Source: Abditibacteriaceae bacterium
GTDB lineage: Bacteria; Armatimonadota; Abditibacteriia; Abditibacteriales; Abditibacteriaceae
Length of the DNA: 27,748 nucleotides
Direction: 5' to 3'
Assembly: GCA_031372065.1 (NCBI GenBank)
Contig: JANMKN010000336.1
Location: forward strand, 1 to 27,748
Position 1 is the first letter of the stretch. The number at the start of each line of letters is the position of its first letter. The notes under the pieces are model-generated. The model made no database searches. It saw nothing but the letters and a program-made list of their open reading frames with translations, and had not been told where the DNA came from. Positions 18,038 through 26,089 of the stretch are shown one piece after another. A program made the position numbers and the translations under genes.

Positions 18038-19163
18038 TGACGCGATAAAGTTTGACGGTCCCATCGCTGAATCCAGAGGCTAAAGTGGTGCCATTGGGAG
18101 AGAAAGCGAGGGAGAAAACTGCGGCGGTTTTGAGAGGCTCCACAGTGCGCAGTAAAGTCCCGTTAGAAGCATTCCAGAGAGCAATGCTATTGGCGCCTCC
18201 CGCAATGGCTATCGTTTGATTGTCGGGCGAAAAGGCCAATGCCTGTATGCCCAATTGGTTCCCCAATAACCAGCGGTGAGTCTTAGCAGTCCGCACATCG
18301 CATACTTGCAAATAATAAGAGATAGAGGCAGAACTCGATGATTCGATAGTCATAGCCAATAAACGGCTATTGGGTGAAAAGGTAAACCCGTCATATGCAT
18401 AAACATTGGCTTCGTAGGCCAGCAAACGCTTTATGCGGTGCGTGCGCGAATCCAGTAGAGCTATACTGTCTTGTGGCCTTTTTTGCCCTGAAGACAGCAT
18501 TAGCGCTATGGTGCTGCCATCCGGGGATAAGGCAAAAGGGTCAGTGATAAGGCCACTACCGGGATAACTTTTTAGGGCATCTTTGTTCAAACGCCACGCA
18601 TGAGTTTTACCCGTCCTCATGTCGGTGAGCAAAAGATCATCGTTTATATGGAACATTGTGGTTTTGTTGGGCCAATTGCATAAATAGCGCACATGAGATT
18701 CGGCGCCGCTAACGCGCAGTGTGCGCTTTAAACGGCCATTGCTGCTTTTATGAAAATGCATGACCGTCCAAGCGCCCCCGTAGGAGGACGGATATTTTTT
18801 ATAAGCCCCCGTATAGTCAACACCCCAATAAAGCGATATGACATCGTGGCTATCTGGCAAAAACGCAATCGAAGCTATCTGACCGTTATCAGTTGAGAAA
18901 TTCCAAAGCGGCTGGCGTGAGGCCACATCCCAACAAAGCAATTTATCTGGCCCTCCTGATGCCTTGGTATTGTCATAAGCGACAGCCAATCTTTGACTAT
19001 CGAACGAAAACGTAACTTGAAACGCGCTATAACCGGCCCCTAACCTCAGAGTTTTTGGCCGCCACGAATTTTCCTGTTTGACTACGCCAAACAGCGCGCA
19101 TGGCAACAGCGCGGCGAAAAGCCATAGATAGCGGCTTTTGGGGTTTTGAAAGAGTGTTTTCAT
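18033..19163 (-). CDS. WD40 repeat protein, paralogue of 16224-17228
   Basis: LAFSPDNQTIA and VFSLAFSPNGTTLASGFSDGTVKLY blades. Shares the leader RYLWLFAALLP.ALFGV....SWRP with the paralogue. Confidence 0.9.
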   Translation of the reverse strand: MKTLFQNPKSRYLWLFAALLPCALFGVVKQENSWRPKTLRLGAGYSAFQVTFSFDSQRLAVAYDNTKASGGPDKLLCWDVASRQPLWNFSTDNGQIASIAFLPDSHDVISLYWGVDYTGAYKKYPSSYGGAWTVMHFHKSSNGRLKRTLRVSGAESHVRYLCNWPNKTTMFHINDDLLLTDMRTGKTHAWRLNKDALKSYPGSGLITDPFALSPDGSTIALMLSSGQKRPQDSIALLDSRTHRIKRLLAYEANVYAYDGFTFSPNSRLLAMTIESSSSASISYYLQVCDVRTAKTHRWLLGNQLGIQALAFSPDNQTIAIAGGANSIALWNASNGTLLRTVEPLKTAAVFSLAFSPNGTTLASGFSDGTVKLYRVK

Positions 19164-19174
19164 TTGGGTGAGGC

Positions 19175-19241
19175 GGGGCCAAAAGGCGCTGAAGGATGTT
19201 CCCGCGTTTGATGATTGGTTTCTACAGCACCTTTTGGCCTC
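19175..19241. repeat. 17-bp imperfect inverted repeat (hairpin, REP-like or terminator)
   Basis: GGGGCCAAAAGGCGCTG (19175-19191) versus CAGCACCTTTTGGCCTC (19225-19241), 15/17 complementary. Confidence 0.75.
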
Positions 19242-19250
19242 ATTTTGCGA

Positions 19251-19937
19251 TTACGGCGTGGGATTCGGTTGCGTCGGCGGTTCCTCGTCCTGTGTTTCGC
19301 TTTCTTGACGCGGCACGAAGCCGTAATTGTGCAACAGCGGGTCTTTGAACATTTCCGGCAAGGTCGCCCACAGGAAATAACGAACGCGCGCGATGGATTG
19401 GGCCAAAGCCTCGCGCGCTTTGAGTTTGTCGCCGGTAATCGAAGAACGCTCGCCGACGCCCGCGCCTTCGCTTTTGTCTTCGCTGACATCCAAAACGGCG
19501 TTGACTTTCGCTAAACGCGTCGTTGAAAGCTTGGCGTCGGGGTTGAGGCCGGTTGCGGTTTGCGCCGCCACGAATTTTTCGAGCAGCGTTTCGATTTCGT
19601 CGTGACGAAACAGCTTGGGCAAATCGGGGCCGAGGCCGTAAAAGGCGCGTTGCGCGGGGATGTTGTCGTCCTCATCGAGCGAATTGAGCCATTTGGAGAT
19701 TTTGCGAATGAGGTCGTCGCCATCTTCGTAGGCTTTTTGCACTTCGCGCGAATCGAGTCGCCGATTGCCTTCGGCTAAATCTTGCGCGGTAGCGAAACCA
19801 CGTGCAGCAGTCAAATCGGCTTGCAGTTTGTCGCGCATCCACTGGAACAACTTGTAATGTGTTCCGGCGCTCACGTTGTTGTCGGCGGCTATGATAGCCC
19901 CGCCTTGTTGAATCAGGCCACTAAATGTGGGCGTCAT
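19251..19937 (-). CDS. Hypothetical all-alpha protein (228 aa) with acidic/Pro-rich tail
   Basis: AGGAG RBS before MTPTFSG (ATG 19937) and protein-like composition. No family recognised. Confidence 0.75.
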   Translation of the reverse strand: MTPTFSGLIQQGGAIIAADNNVSAGTHYKLFQWMRDKLQADLTAARGFATAQDLAEGNRRLDSREVQKAYEDGDDLIRKISKWLNSLDEDDNIPAQRAFYGLGPDLPKLFRHDEIETLLEKFVAAQTATGLNPDAKLSTTRLAKVNAVLDVSEDKSEGAGVGERSSITGDKLKAREALAQSIARVRYFLWATLPEMFKDPLLHNYGFVPRQESETQDEEPPTQPNPTP

Positions 19938-19988
19938 ACTGTCTCCTGGAAGATAGAATTGGTGAAACAAAGCATATTTTAACTCGCG

Positions 19989-20170
19989 CGGGTGCCGTCC
20001 CGCAGCGTTTTGGGGAGTCCATGAAGCCGTCGGGAACGTTCCCGGAGCTATGCGGGGAATCCGGGCAACCTTGGGGAACGTTCCCGGAGCTGTGCGGGGA
20101 ATCCGGGAAGACTTCGGGAACGTTCCCGAAAGCCACTGGGGAAGCCCGAAACGCTGCGGGACGGTGCCCG
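19989..20170. repeat. 42-bp-period array of five GGG-N6-CCC motifs with 22-bp terminal inverted repeats
   Basis: Motifs start at 19990, 20032, 20074, 20116 and 20158. The central three are GGGAACGTTCCC. 19989-20010 versus 20149-20170 are inverted at 20/22. Confidence 0.92.
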
Positions 20171-20225
20171 AAGGCATTTGTAAGCCCCAAAATGACCTGC
20201 AAACGGCGTCCGAGGCGCCGTTTTA

Positions 20226-20304
20226 GCGGGGCTTGCGCCCACTTCCAATCGGGTTGGTTCTGGCTGGTGTTGACGCGCCGATTGGAAGTGGGCGCAAGCC
20301 CCGC
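20226..20304. repeat. Perfect 27-bp inverted repeat (REP-doublet/REPIN-like)
   Basis: GCGGGGCTTGCGCCCACTTCCAATCGG, a 25-nt spacer, then CCGATTGGAAGTGGGCGCAAGCCCCGC. Confidence 0.9.
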
Positions 20305-20405
20305 CATAAAATACGGTCTATTTAATTTGATAGATTTAATTTGTTTTGGGAAAATAATCCCGATTTCAACTGAGATTGTTATTTTCGTGTCGCGATTGAG
20401 GAAGA

Positions 20406-21195
20406 TTGGTGAGTTTGCTATTGAAAAAGTGGCTGCAACTATCGCAGAAGCAGCGAAATTTAATTCATTTCGCCGGGCGTGCCATTTTCATCGCAATCGC
20501 GGGCATCAACCTAATGGGATTGGTGGCGATATGGTTTCCCGCAGCGATTCATCGCGCGCTGCATTTTCCGCGCGCTTTGCCGATAGATTATCGCGATTAT
20601 TATAAAGCGCTTCAGCATTTGCAAAGTGGCGCTCCGCTTTATTATGCGCCCGATGACTTAGGCGGCGGCTATCTTTACCCGCCGCCCTTTTTGGCTGTCC
20701 TCTATCCCTTAGGGCAATTTGATGAATCCACTTTTGTGCGACTTTTGTTTTCCCTCTTAAGTTGTCGCGTTTTTTGTTTATGCTTGGTGTTTGGCACGCC
20801 TCGCCTGCCCGCGCACAAAATGGCATCATGTGTTGCTGGCTTGTTTTGTTTTAACCCTGTGTCCGGGGCAGATACAGGCGATGTCCAATGGCAATTTCCA
20901 ACCTGTCTTAACGGCCTTGTGGGGCGTGGCTTATGCTTGCAATGGGCGGGCGATAGCGCTGTCTTTGGCGGCGATTGTGAAAGTGCAGACGGTTTTGCCG
21001 CTCGCTGTCGCCTTTTGCGATGAATCGCAGTGTGCCAATGGGCGCAGTGCCCTTCGCAAAATTGGCGTGCCGTCTCTGCTGACTTTTCTCCTTTTATTGA
21101 TGGCTGGCGCGCTGGTGTGCGGTTGGGAATCGTATGGCGAGTGGCTGCGCGAAACTTATGATAAATCTCAAGAAACCACCGCGCTGTCGCCATGA
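20406..21195 (+). pseudogene. Frameshifted and probably truncated GT87/DUF2029 glycosyltransferase
   Basis: The first frame has DYRDYYKA...LY...YLYPPPF. After an apparent extra base near 20759-20760 the hydrophobic sequence continues in the next frame (GNFQP, AAIVKVQ). Confidence 0.75.
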
Positions 21196-21300
21196 AGCAC
21201 GCGGCGGCCCATCATAACCAAAAGCTATGGCGCGCATAGCAAAGATGTATTGGGCGCGCGGCGGCTGGCAATTTAAAGTAAGTCACAGGAGGTTACGACC

Positions 21301-21540
21301 ATGACTTATGTGATTGCCCAACCGTGCATCGGCGTCAAAGACAAAGCCTGCGTGGATGTTTGCCCTTGCGACTGCATTCACGGTGGCGACAATGACGCGC
21401 AGCTTTTCATTGACCCCGAACATTGCATTGACTGCGGCGCCTGCGAGCCAGAATGCCCCGTCGAGGCGATTTTTCAGGATAGCGATTTGCCGCAAAAGTG
21501 GAAACACTACGAGCAAATCAACGCGGATTATTTCAAGTGA
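21301..21540 (+). CDS. 7Fe ([3Fe-4S][4Fe-4S]) ferredoxin, FdxA-like
   Basis: C-x7-C-x3-CP and CIDCGACEPECP motifs. AGGAGG RBS. Confidence 0.95.
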   Translation: MTYVIAQPCIGVKDKACVDVCPCDCIHGGDNDAQLFIDPEHCIDCGACEPECPVEAIFQDSDLPQKWKHYEQINADYFK

Positions 21541-21678
21541 GCTTTTAGCTTTTAGCTTTTAGCTTTTAGCTTTTAGCTTTTAGCTTTTAGCTTTTAGCTT
21601 TTAGCTTTTAGCTTTTAGCTTTTAGCTTTTAGCTTTTAGCTTTTAGCGTGTGACTAAAAGCTAATCGCTAAAAGCTAA
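21541..21678. repeat. (GCTTTTA)15 microsatellite followed by inverted TAAAAGC copies
   Basis: 15 perfect units at 21541-21645, then CTAAAAGCTAATCGCTAAAAGCTAA at 21654-21678. Confidence 0.97.
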
Positions 21679-21687
21679 CAACCGACC

Positions 21688-22698
21688 ATGTTCGATTCCG
21701 AAATTTATTTTGCCTTGCCGCCCTCGGTGCCACAGGAAACGCCATTGGCTGAAGCGTTTGATCGCACTTTGGCGCCCGCGAAAAAGCTACGCGTCGCAAG
21801 GCAGAAGGCGCCGCAAACGTCTGCGGAATTGGTAGAGGAATTTTTGCGCGAACGCGATTTGTCGGCTGGCGCGCGGCGCGTTTTGCAATCCGACTTGGAA
21901 ATGTATCTGCGCTGGCTGCAAGCGCACGGCGTGACCAAGCAGCGCGCCGTTTCGGTGGCGCAGATCGAAAAATACGCCCATGACTTACGCAGCGGACAAG
22001 CGCACGGTTTTGGGAAGGCGCGCCAACGTCCGGCGCTGCATACGAAGTTTTTGGCGCCCTCTTCGGTGACGCGAAAACTATCGGCGGTGCGCGAGTGGCA
22101 TCGGTTTTTAGCGCGGCGCTACAGATGGCCCGACCCGGCAGCGCAGTTGCCCGGTTTGCCCGGCGTGAGGGTGGCGCCCGCTGCGGCACTGGCTTTATCC
22201 AGTGAGCAAATCCGAAATTTATTATCAATGCCCAAAATTTCCACCGTGCGCGGCCTGCGCGATTATGCGGTTTTGTGTTTGTTGTGCGCGGGCCTAAGCG
22301 CCCAAGAAATCAGCGCTTTACCTTATGACGAATATGACGAATCCGTCACGGAATTCGCGTTCAGCGAAACGGCGCAACGGGCCATGCAAGATTACCTCAT
22401 GCAGGCGCGGCCCCTTTTGCTGGCGCGATTACGACAGAAAGGTTTGTATAGCCGGCGCCTCTTTTTTTCGAATCGGGGCACGCCGCTATCGCCTTTAATG
22501 GTCGGGCAAATTGTGCGGCGCAGCGTTAAAGGCGCGGAGTTACCATCGTGGGTTTCGCCTTCGCAGTTGTGCCGCTCAGGAAGGGCGCGACGCGAGCGTG
22601 GCGCCGCCCTTGATGAAGATAGTGCTATGGAAGTCGCGGCGTTGCCCCGCGCGGCGCAGTTGCGTCATGCCTATGCCAAAGCGCACCCGCGCGCCTGA
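21688..22698 (+). CDS. XerD-like tyrosine-recombinase homologue with degenerate catalytic domain
   Basis: Core-binding domain (YLRWL...LAPSSVTRKLSAVREWHRFL...DPA), GLRDYAVLCLL, YLMQARPLL, LFFSNRGTPLS and the C-terminal AYAKAHPRA tail. Confidence 0.85.
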   Translation: MFDSEIYFALPPSVPQETPLAEAFDRTLAPAKKLRVARQKAPQTSAELVEEFLRERDLSAGARRVLQSDLEMYLRWLQAHGVTKQRAVSVAQIEKYAHDLRSGQAHGFGKARQRPALHTKFLAPSSVTRKLSAVREWHRFLARRYRWPDPAAQLPGLPGVRVAPAAALALSSEQIRNLLSMPKISTVRGLRDYAVLCLLCAGLSAQEISALPYDEYDESVTEFAFSETAQRAMQDYLMQARPLLLARLRQKGLYSRRLFFSNRGTPLSPLMVGQIVRRSVKGAELPSWVSPSQLCRSGRARRERGAALDEDSAMEVAALPRAAQLRHAYAKAHPRA

Positions 22699-22898
22699 GT
22701 TTTTAATTTGGTTTTGTCTTTAAATTTTCCTTAAAAGTCTGTCCAACGGGCGCTTTTAAAGGCTCAAATCACATTTCTTTAGGGAGAAACCCTTTTCTTA
22801 GCGGTCTATTTGCGCTATGCTTGTGCCGAAAGCCGCGTGGCGACTTGCACGGCGGCTTAAAAATTTTCATTGTTTCAATGAAGGAGAACACAGACTGA

Positions 22899-23339
22899 AT
22901 GGCAGTAGAAGCGGGACAAATTGCACGAGGCACGGTTATTCGCCTCTTACCTTACGGCGTGTTAGTGCGCCTCGAAGAAGGCACCACCGGTTTGGTGCAT
23001 ATTTCGGAGATTGATCAAAATTATGTGCGCGACGTTGCCGAATATGTTCAGGTCAACGATCCTGTCGTGGTGAAAGTGATTGCCTCCGGCGAAAAAGGCA
23101 AGACTGAACTTTCGATGAAGCAAGCGCGCGGCGAAAACGACCCCCCTTTGGTGCCGCGTGTGCGCGAGCCACGCGAAGAAGAAGAGGACGCGCCACCGCC
23201 ACCTTCCTCCCAAACGCGCCGCGAACAACGCGCCTCGTTGGAAGAAAAAATGCGCGACTTCATGGGCGATAGCGCCGAACGTCTGAGCGATCTGCGTCGC
23301 CACCAAGACAGCAAACTTGGCAAAGGCAAAAACCGCTAA
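22899..23339 (+). CDS. S1 RNA-binding domain protein (YabR/GSP13-like)
   Basis: YGVLVRL...GLVHISEI...ELSMK S1 motif and LEEKMRDFMGDS.ERL C-terminal helix. AAGGAG RBS. Confidence 0.92.
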   Translation: MAVEAGQIARGTVIRLLPYGVLVRLEEGTTGLVHISEIDQNYVRDVAEYVQVNDPVVVKVIASGEKGKTELSMKQARGENDPPLVPRVREPREEEEDAPPPPSSQTRREQRASLEEKMRDFMGDSAERLSDLRRHQDSKLGKGKNR

Positions 23340-23353
23340 CCAGCGTTGAGACC

Positions 23354-23397
23354 AAAGCAAAACAGCAGCGAAATAAATTTCGCTGCTGTTTTGCTTT
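23354..23397. terminator. Bidirectional intrinsic terminator between convergent genes
   Basis: AAAGCAAAACAGCAGCGAAA-TAAA-TTTCGCTGCTGTTTTGCTTT, a perfect 20-bp stem. Confidence 0.85.
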
Positions 23398-23474
23398 ATG
23401 TGCCTTGGTTTATAGCCCAACACAGGGCAAGAGCATATAAGGAAAAGCAAGTTCCAAAGGAATGGCGCCGCGCA

Positions 23475-23819
23475 TTAACTGCTGGTGGTTTCTTCGGGCA
23501 CGAAAATCCACAGGCAGATGTAGACAATCGCCCCGACACCGTAGCCACAGATCATGACGGCGAAGGCCAAGCGCCAGACCCATGAGGGAATTGGGGTAAT
23601 CTTGCCCAGGCCGCCACATACGCCGCCCAACCACACGTCGCTTTTGCTGCGTGCGAATTTGTTTAAGACGCCTGTCGCAGCAGAGGCCGCATTTGTGCCA
23701 ATTGGAGCATTTGCTGTGCCTTTCAGCACTTGCGCTTTAGCCTCGGCAAATTCTTCGTCGGTGAGTGCGCCGGAATCGCGCAATGATTGGAGTTTTTGCA
23801 GTTCGTCAGCGATGTTCAT
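23475..23819 (-). CDS. SHOCT + PspC domain protein
   Basis: IADELQKLQSLRDSGALTDEEFAEAKAQVL (SHOCT) and RSKSDVWLGGVCGGLG...YICLWIFVPEE (PspC). Confidence 0.9.
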   Translation of the reverse strand: MNIADELQKLQSLRDSGALTDEEFAEAKAQVLKGTANAPIGTNAASAATGVLNKFARSKSDVWLGGVCGGLGKITPIPSWVWRLAFAVMICGYGVGAIVYICLWIFVPEETTSS

Positions 23820-23924
23820 GGGGCTGTCCTTTGTCTGTTTTCGTTAGTGAAATTATGGCAATCCGGCGGCGCGTTGGCTACACACCGCGCCGATTGGTGT
23901 CAAACCGTGAGACACAGGAGAAAA

Positions 23925-25331
23925 ATGAAATCAATCCTTCTCGCGCTTTGCCTTCTGCTTTACGCCTCGCTCGCACAGTGTCAGGCCGTCAATCCGGCGC
24001 TCACCGGTTTCTGGAAGGGAGTGCTGATTGATGGCGGCATTCCAGTTCGTGTCGAGTTCTCGGTCGCCGAAAAAGATGGCAAGTCGGCAGGTTTTCTGAC
24101 CATTGTGGATATGGGCGGCGTGACCATGGCGCTCCAATCGGTCAGTTTGAAAGAGCGGGTGGTGCGCTTTGAAGTGGCCCCACAAGCCTTTTTCAGCGGC
24201 ACGCTCAACGAGCAGGGCACGGAAATCGTGGGTGTCTGGGAACAGGGCGGGGCCAAATATCCTGTGACTTTGAAACACGCGAATGAGGCCACCGTGCTGA
24301 TTCGCCCGCAGGAGCCGAAACCGCCTTTTCCCTATGCAACCGAGGAGGTTTCGATTCCTTCGTCGAAAGACGTAAAGTTGGCCGGCATGCTGACGCTGCC
24401 ACCGGGCAAAGGGCCGCATCCCGCCGTCGCGCTCATCACCGGCTCTGGAGCGCAAGACCGCGACGAATCGCTGATGGGGCATCGCCCGTTTGCCGTGCTG
24501 GCCGACCATCTCACGCGGCAGGGCATCGCGGTGCTGCGCTGCGATGATCGCGGCGTGGCGCATTCCACCGGTAGCTTCGCCGCTGCCACCACCGCCGATT
24601 TCGCCGACGATGCGCGCGCCCAACTGGCTTGGCTGCGCGCCCGCCCGGAGATTGATAAGCGCCGCATCGGGCTTGTCGGCCACAGCGAAGGCGGCATCAT
24701 CGCGCCGTTCGTCGCCGCGCAGGACAAAGACGTGGCGTTCATCGTTTTGCTGTCCGGCGTCGGCGTGCCGATGAAAGACCTGCTGGTGCGGCAAATGGTG
24801 GACATGGCGCGCCTGAAGACGACCGACCCGAAAAAACTCGCCCGCGCCGAAGCGATAGGGCGTGAAATGTCCGCTTTGCTGACGGAAGACATGGACGATG
24901 CCACGCTGGAAAAGCGCGTGCGCGAAAAAATAACCGCTTCAATGGCCGAACTCACGCCTGAAGAACGCGCCGAATCCGGCGAAATCGAATCCATCATCGC
25001 GAAGCTTCTGCCGAAACTGCGCTCGCCGTGGCAACGCTGGATTGTGCGCTACGACCCCGCGCCGAATCTGCGCGCCGTGAAATGCCCGGTGCTGGCCATC
25101 AACGGCAAAAAAGACGTGCAGGTCGCGTGGCGCGAAAATCTCGAAGCCATTTCGCGCGAGTTGGCCGCAGGCGGCAACAAACGCGTAAAAATCGCCGCGC
25201 TGGCGAACCTCAACCACCTTTTTCAGCATTGCGAAACCGGCGCCATCAAAGAATACGGCGAAATCGAAGAAACCATGTCGCCCGAAGTGCTAACCCTCGT
25301 GTCCGATTGGATTCGCGCGCAGACGAAGTGA
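23925..25331 (+). CDS. Secreted alpha/beta-fold hydrolase (peptidase/esterase)
   Basis: Signal peptide MKSILLAL after an AGGAG RBS. GSGAQDRDE, GHSEGG nucleophile, D (GKKDVQV) and H (LNHLFQ) triad. Confidence 0.92.
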   Translation: MKSILLALCLLLYASLAQCQAVNPALTGFWKGVLIDGGIPVRVEFSVAEKDGKSAGFLTIVDMGGVTMALQSVSLKERVVRFEVAPQAFFSGTLNEQGTEIVGVWEQGGAKYPVTLKHANEATVLIRPQEPKPPFPYATEEVSIPSSKDVKLAGMLTLPPGKGPHPAVALITGSGAQDRDESLMGHRPFAVLADHLTRQGIAVLRCDDRGVAHSTGSFAAATTADFADDARAQLAWLRARPEIDKRRIGLVGHSEGGIIAPFVAAQDKDVAFIVLLSGVGVPMKDLLVRQMVDMARLKTTDPKKLARAEAIGREMSALLTEDMDDATLEKRVREKITASMAELTPEERAESGEIESIIAKLLPKLRSPWQRWIVRYDPAPNLRAVKCPVLAINGKKDVQVAWRENLEAISRELAAGGNKRVKIAALANLNHLFQHCETGAIKEYGEIEETMSPEVLTLVSDWIRAQTK

Positions 25332-25367
25332 GCCTTTGGCGCTCGCAAAACGTGAAAAGCCGTGCAA
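25330..25367. repeat. 38-bp direct repeat copy 1 (left arm of a terminator only)
   Basis: 33/38 identical to 26052-26089. Confidence 0.8.
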
Positions 25368-25412
25368 GTGCAGTTTTATGTCTGGTTCCGTTGAAAGAAA
25401 GCAAGGAGCCTC

Positions 25413-26048
25413 ATGCAATTTAAAATTGGCGCACCGTCCGACGATTCCGATTTCGCCCCCGAACAAGAGGCTGGCTGGCAGAAACTCCGCGAGTTCGGGC
25501 CGGGAACCATCATGCTCATCGGGAGCATCGCTGGTATTCCTCTGGCGGCACTAATCGGCAATGGCTGGTCACGAATACCCGGCGCTTCCCCATCTGTTGG
25601 CTTCGACGTTATGACTCTTGGACGTTGGGCGCCGGTGCTCCTGCCATTGCTCTTAATTCTTTCAATGGGCGGTTTTCTCGCTGGACTAATCCTCGTTCAC
25701 GAGTTCATTCACGCTCTGGGCTGCCCGCATTTTGGATTCACGCCCGCGACGGTGATGGGTGTTTGGCCGAGCAAATTCATTGCTTATGCCAGTCACTCCG
25801 GGCCGATTTCAATCAAACGGGGCATCGTTTTGGGAAGTGCGCCCTTTTTAGTTTTGTCGGTGGCCCCGTTATTGGTCGCTGCCGTCGGCGGGCCGCATTG
25901 GACGCTTTTGACACTGGTTTCGGTGGTAAACGCACTGCTGTGCGGAGGCGACGCGATAATTGGTGTGATGATCCTCTCTCAAGTTCCCTTCAACGCAACG
26001 CTGCGAAACAAAGGCTGGGACACCTGGTGGCGCCCCGCCGAATCATGA
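25413..26048 (+). CDS. DUF3267-like membrane zinc metalloprotease
   Basis: HEFIH (HExxH) after a TM helix, APF and N...GGD motifs. AAGGAG RBS. Confidence 0.8.
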   Translation: MQFKIGAPSDDSDFAPEQEAGWQKLREFGPGTIMLIGSIAGIPLAALIGNGWSRIPGASPSVGFDVMTLGRWAPVLLPLLLILSMGGFLAGLILVHEFIHALGCPHFGFTPATVMGVWPSKFIAYASHSGPISIKRGIVLGSAPFLVLSVAPLLVAAVGGPHWTLLTLVSVVNALLCGGDAIIGVMILSQVPFNATLRNKGWDTWWRPAES

Positions 26049-26051
26049 AGC

Positions 26052-26089
26052 GAGCCACTGGCACTCGCAAAACGCGAAAAGCCGCGCAA
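26052..26089. repeat. 38-bp direct repeat copy 2
   Basis: Matches 25330-25367 and runs into a full hairpin. Confidence 0.8.

Noticed and set aside
19989..20170. CRISPR array interpretation of the 42-bp repeats
   Set aside because: The conserved core is only 12 bp, the intervening sequences resemble each other (units 2 and 3 are 37/42 identical), and no cas genes are present.
19938..20177. 80-aa N-terminal extension of the 308-aa ORF, and the opposite-strand ORF 19925-20605
   Set aside because: The frames stay open because of the GC-rich 42-bp repeat. A good RBS precedes ATG 19937.
21196..21300. Possible structured RNA upstream of the ferredoxin gene (GCTATG-GCGCG-CATAGC)
   Set aside because: Only a 6-bp stem with weak outer pairing. 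No family is recognisable without covariation data.
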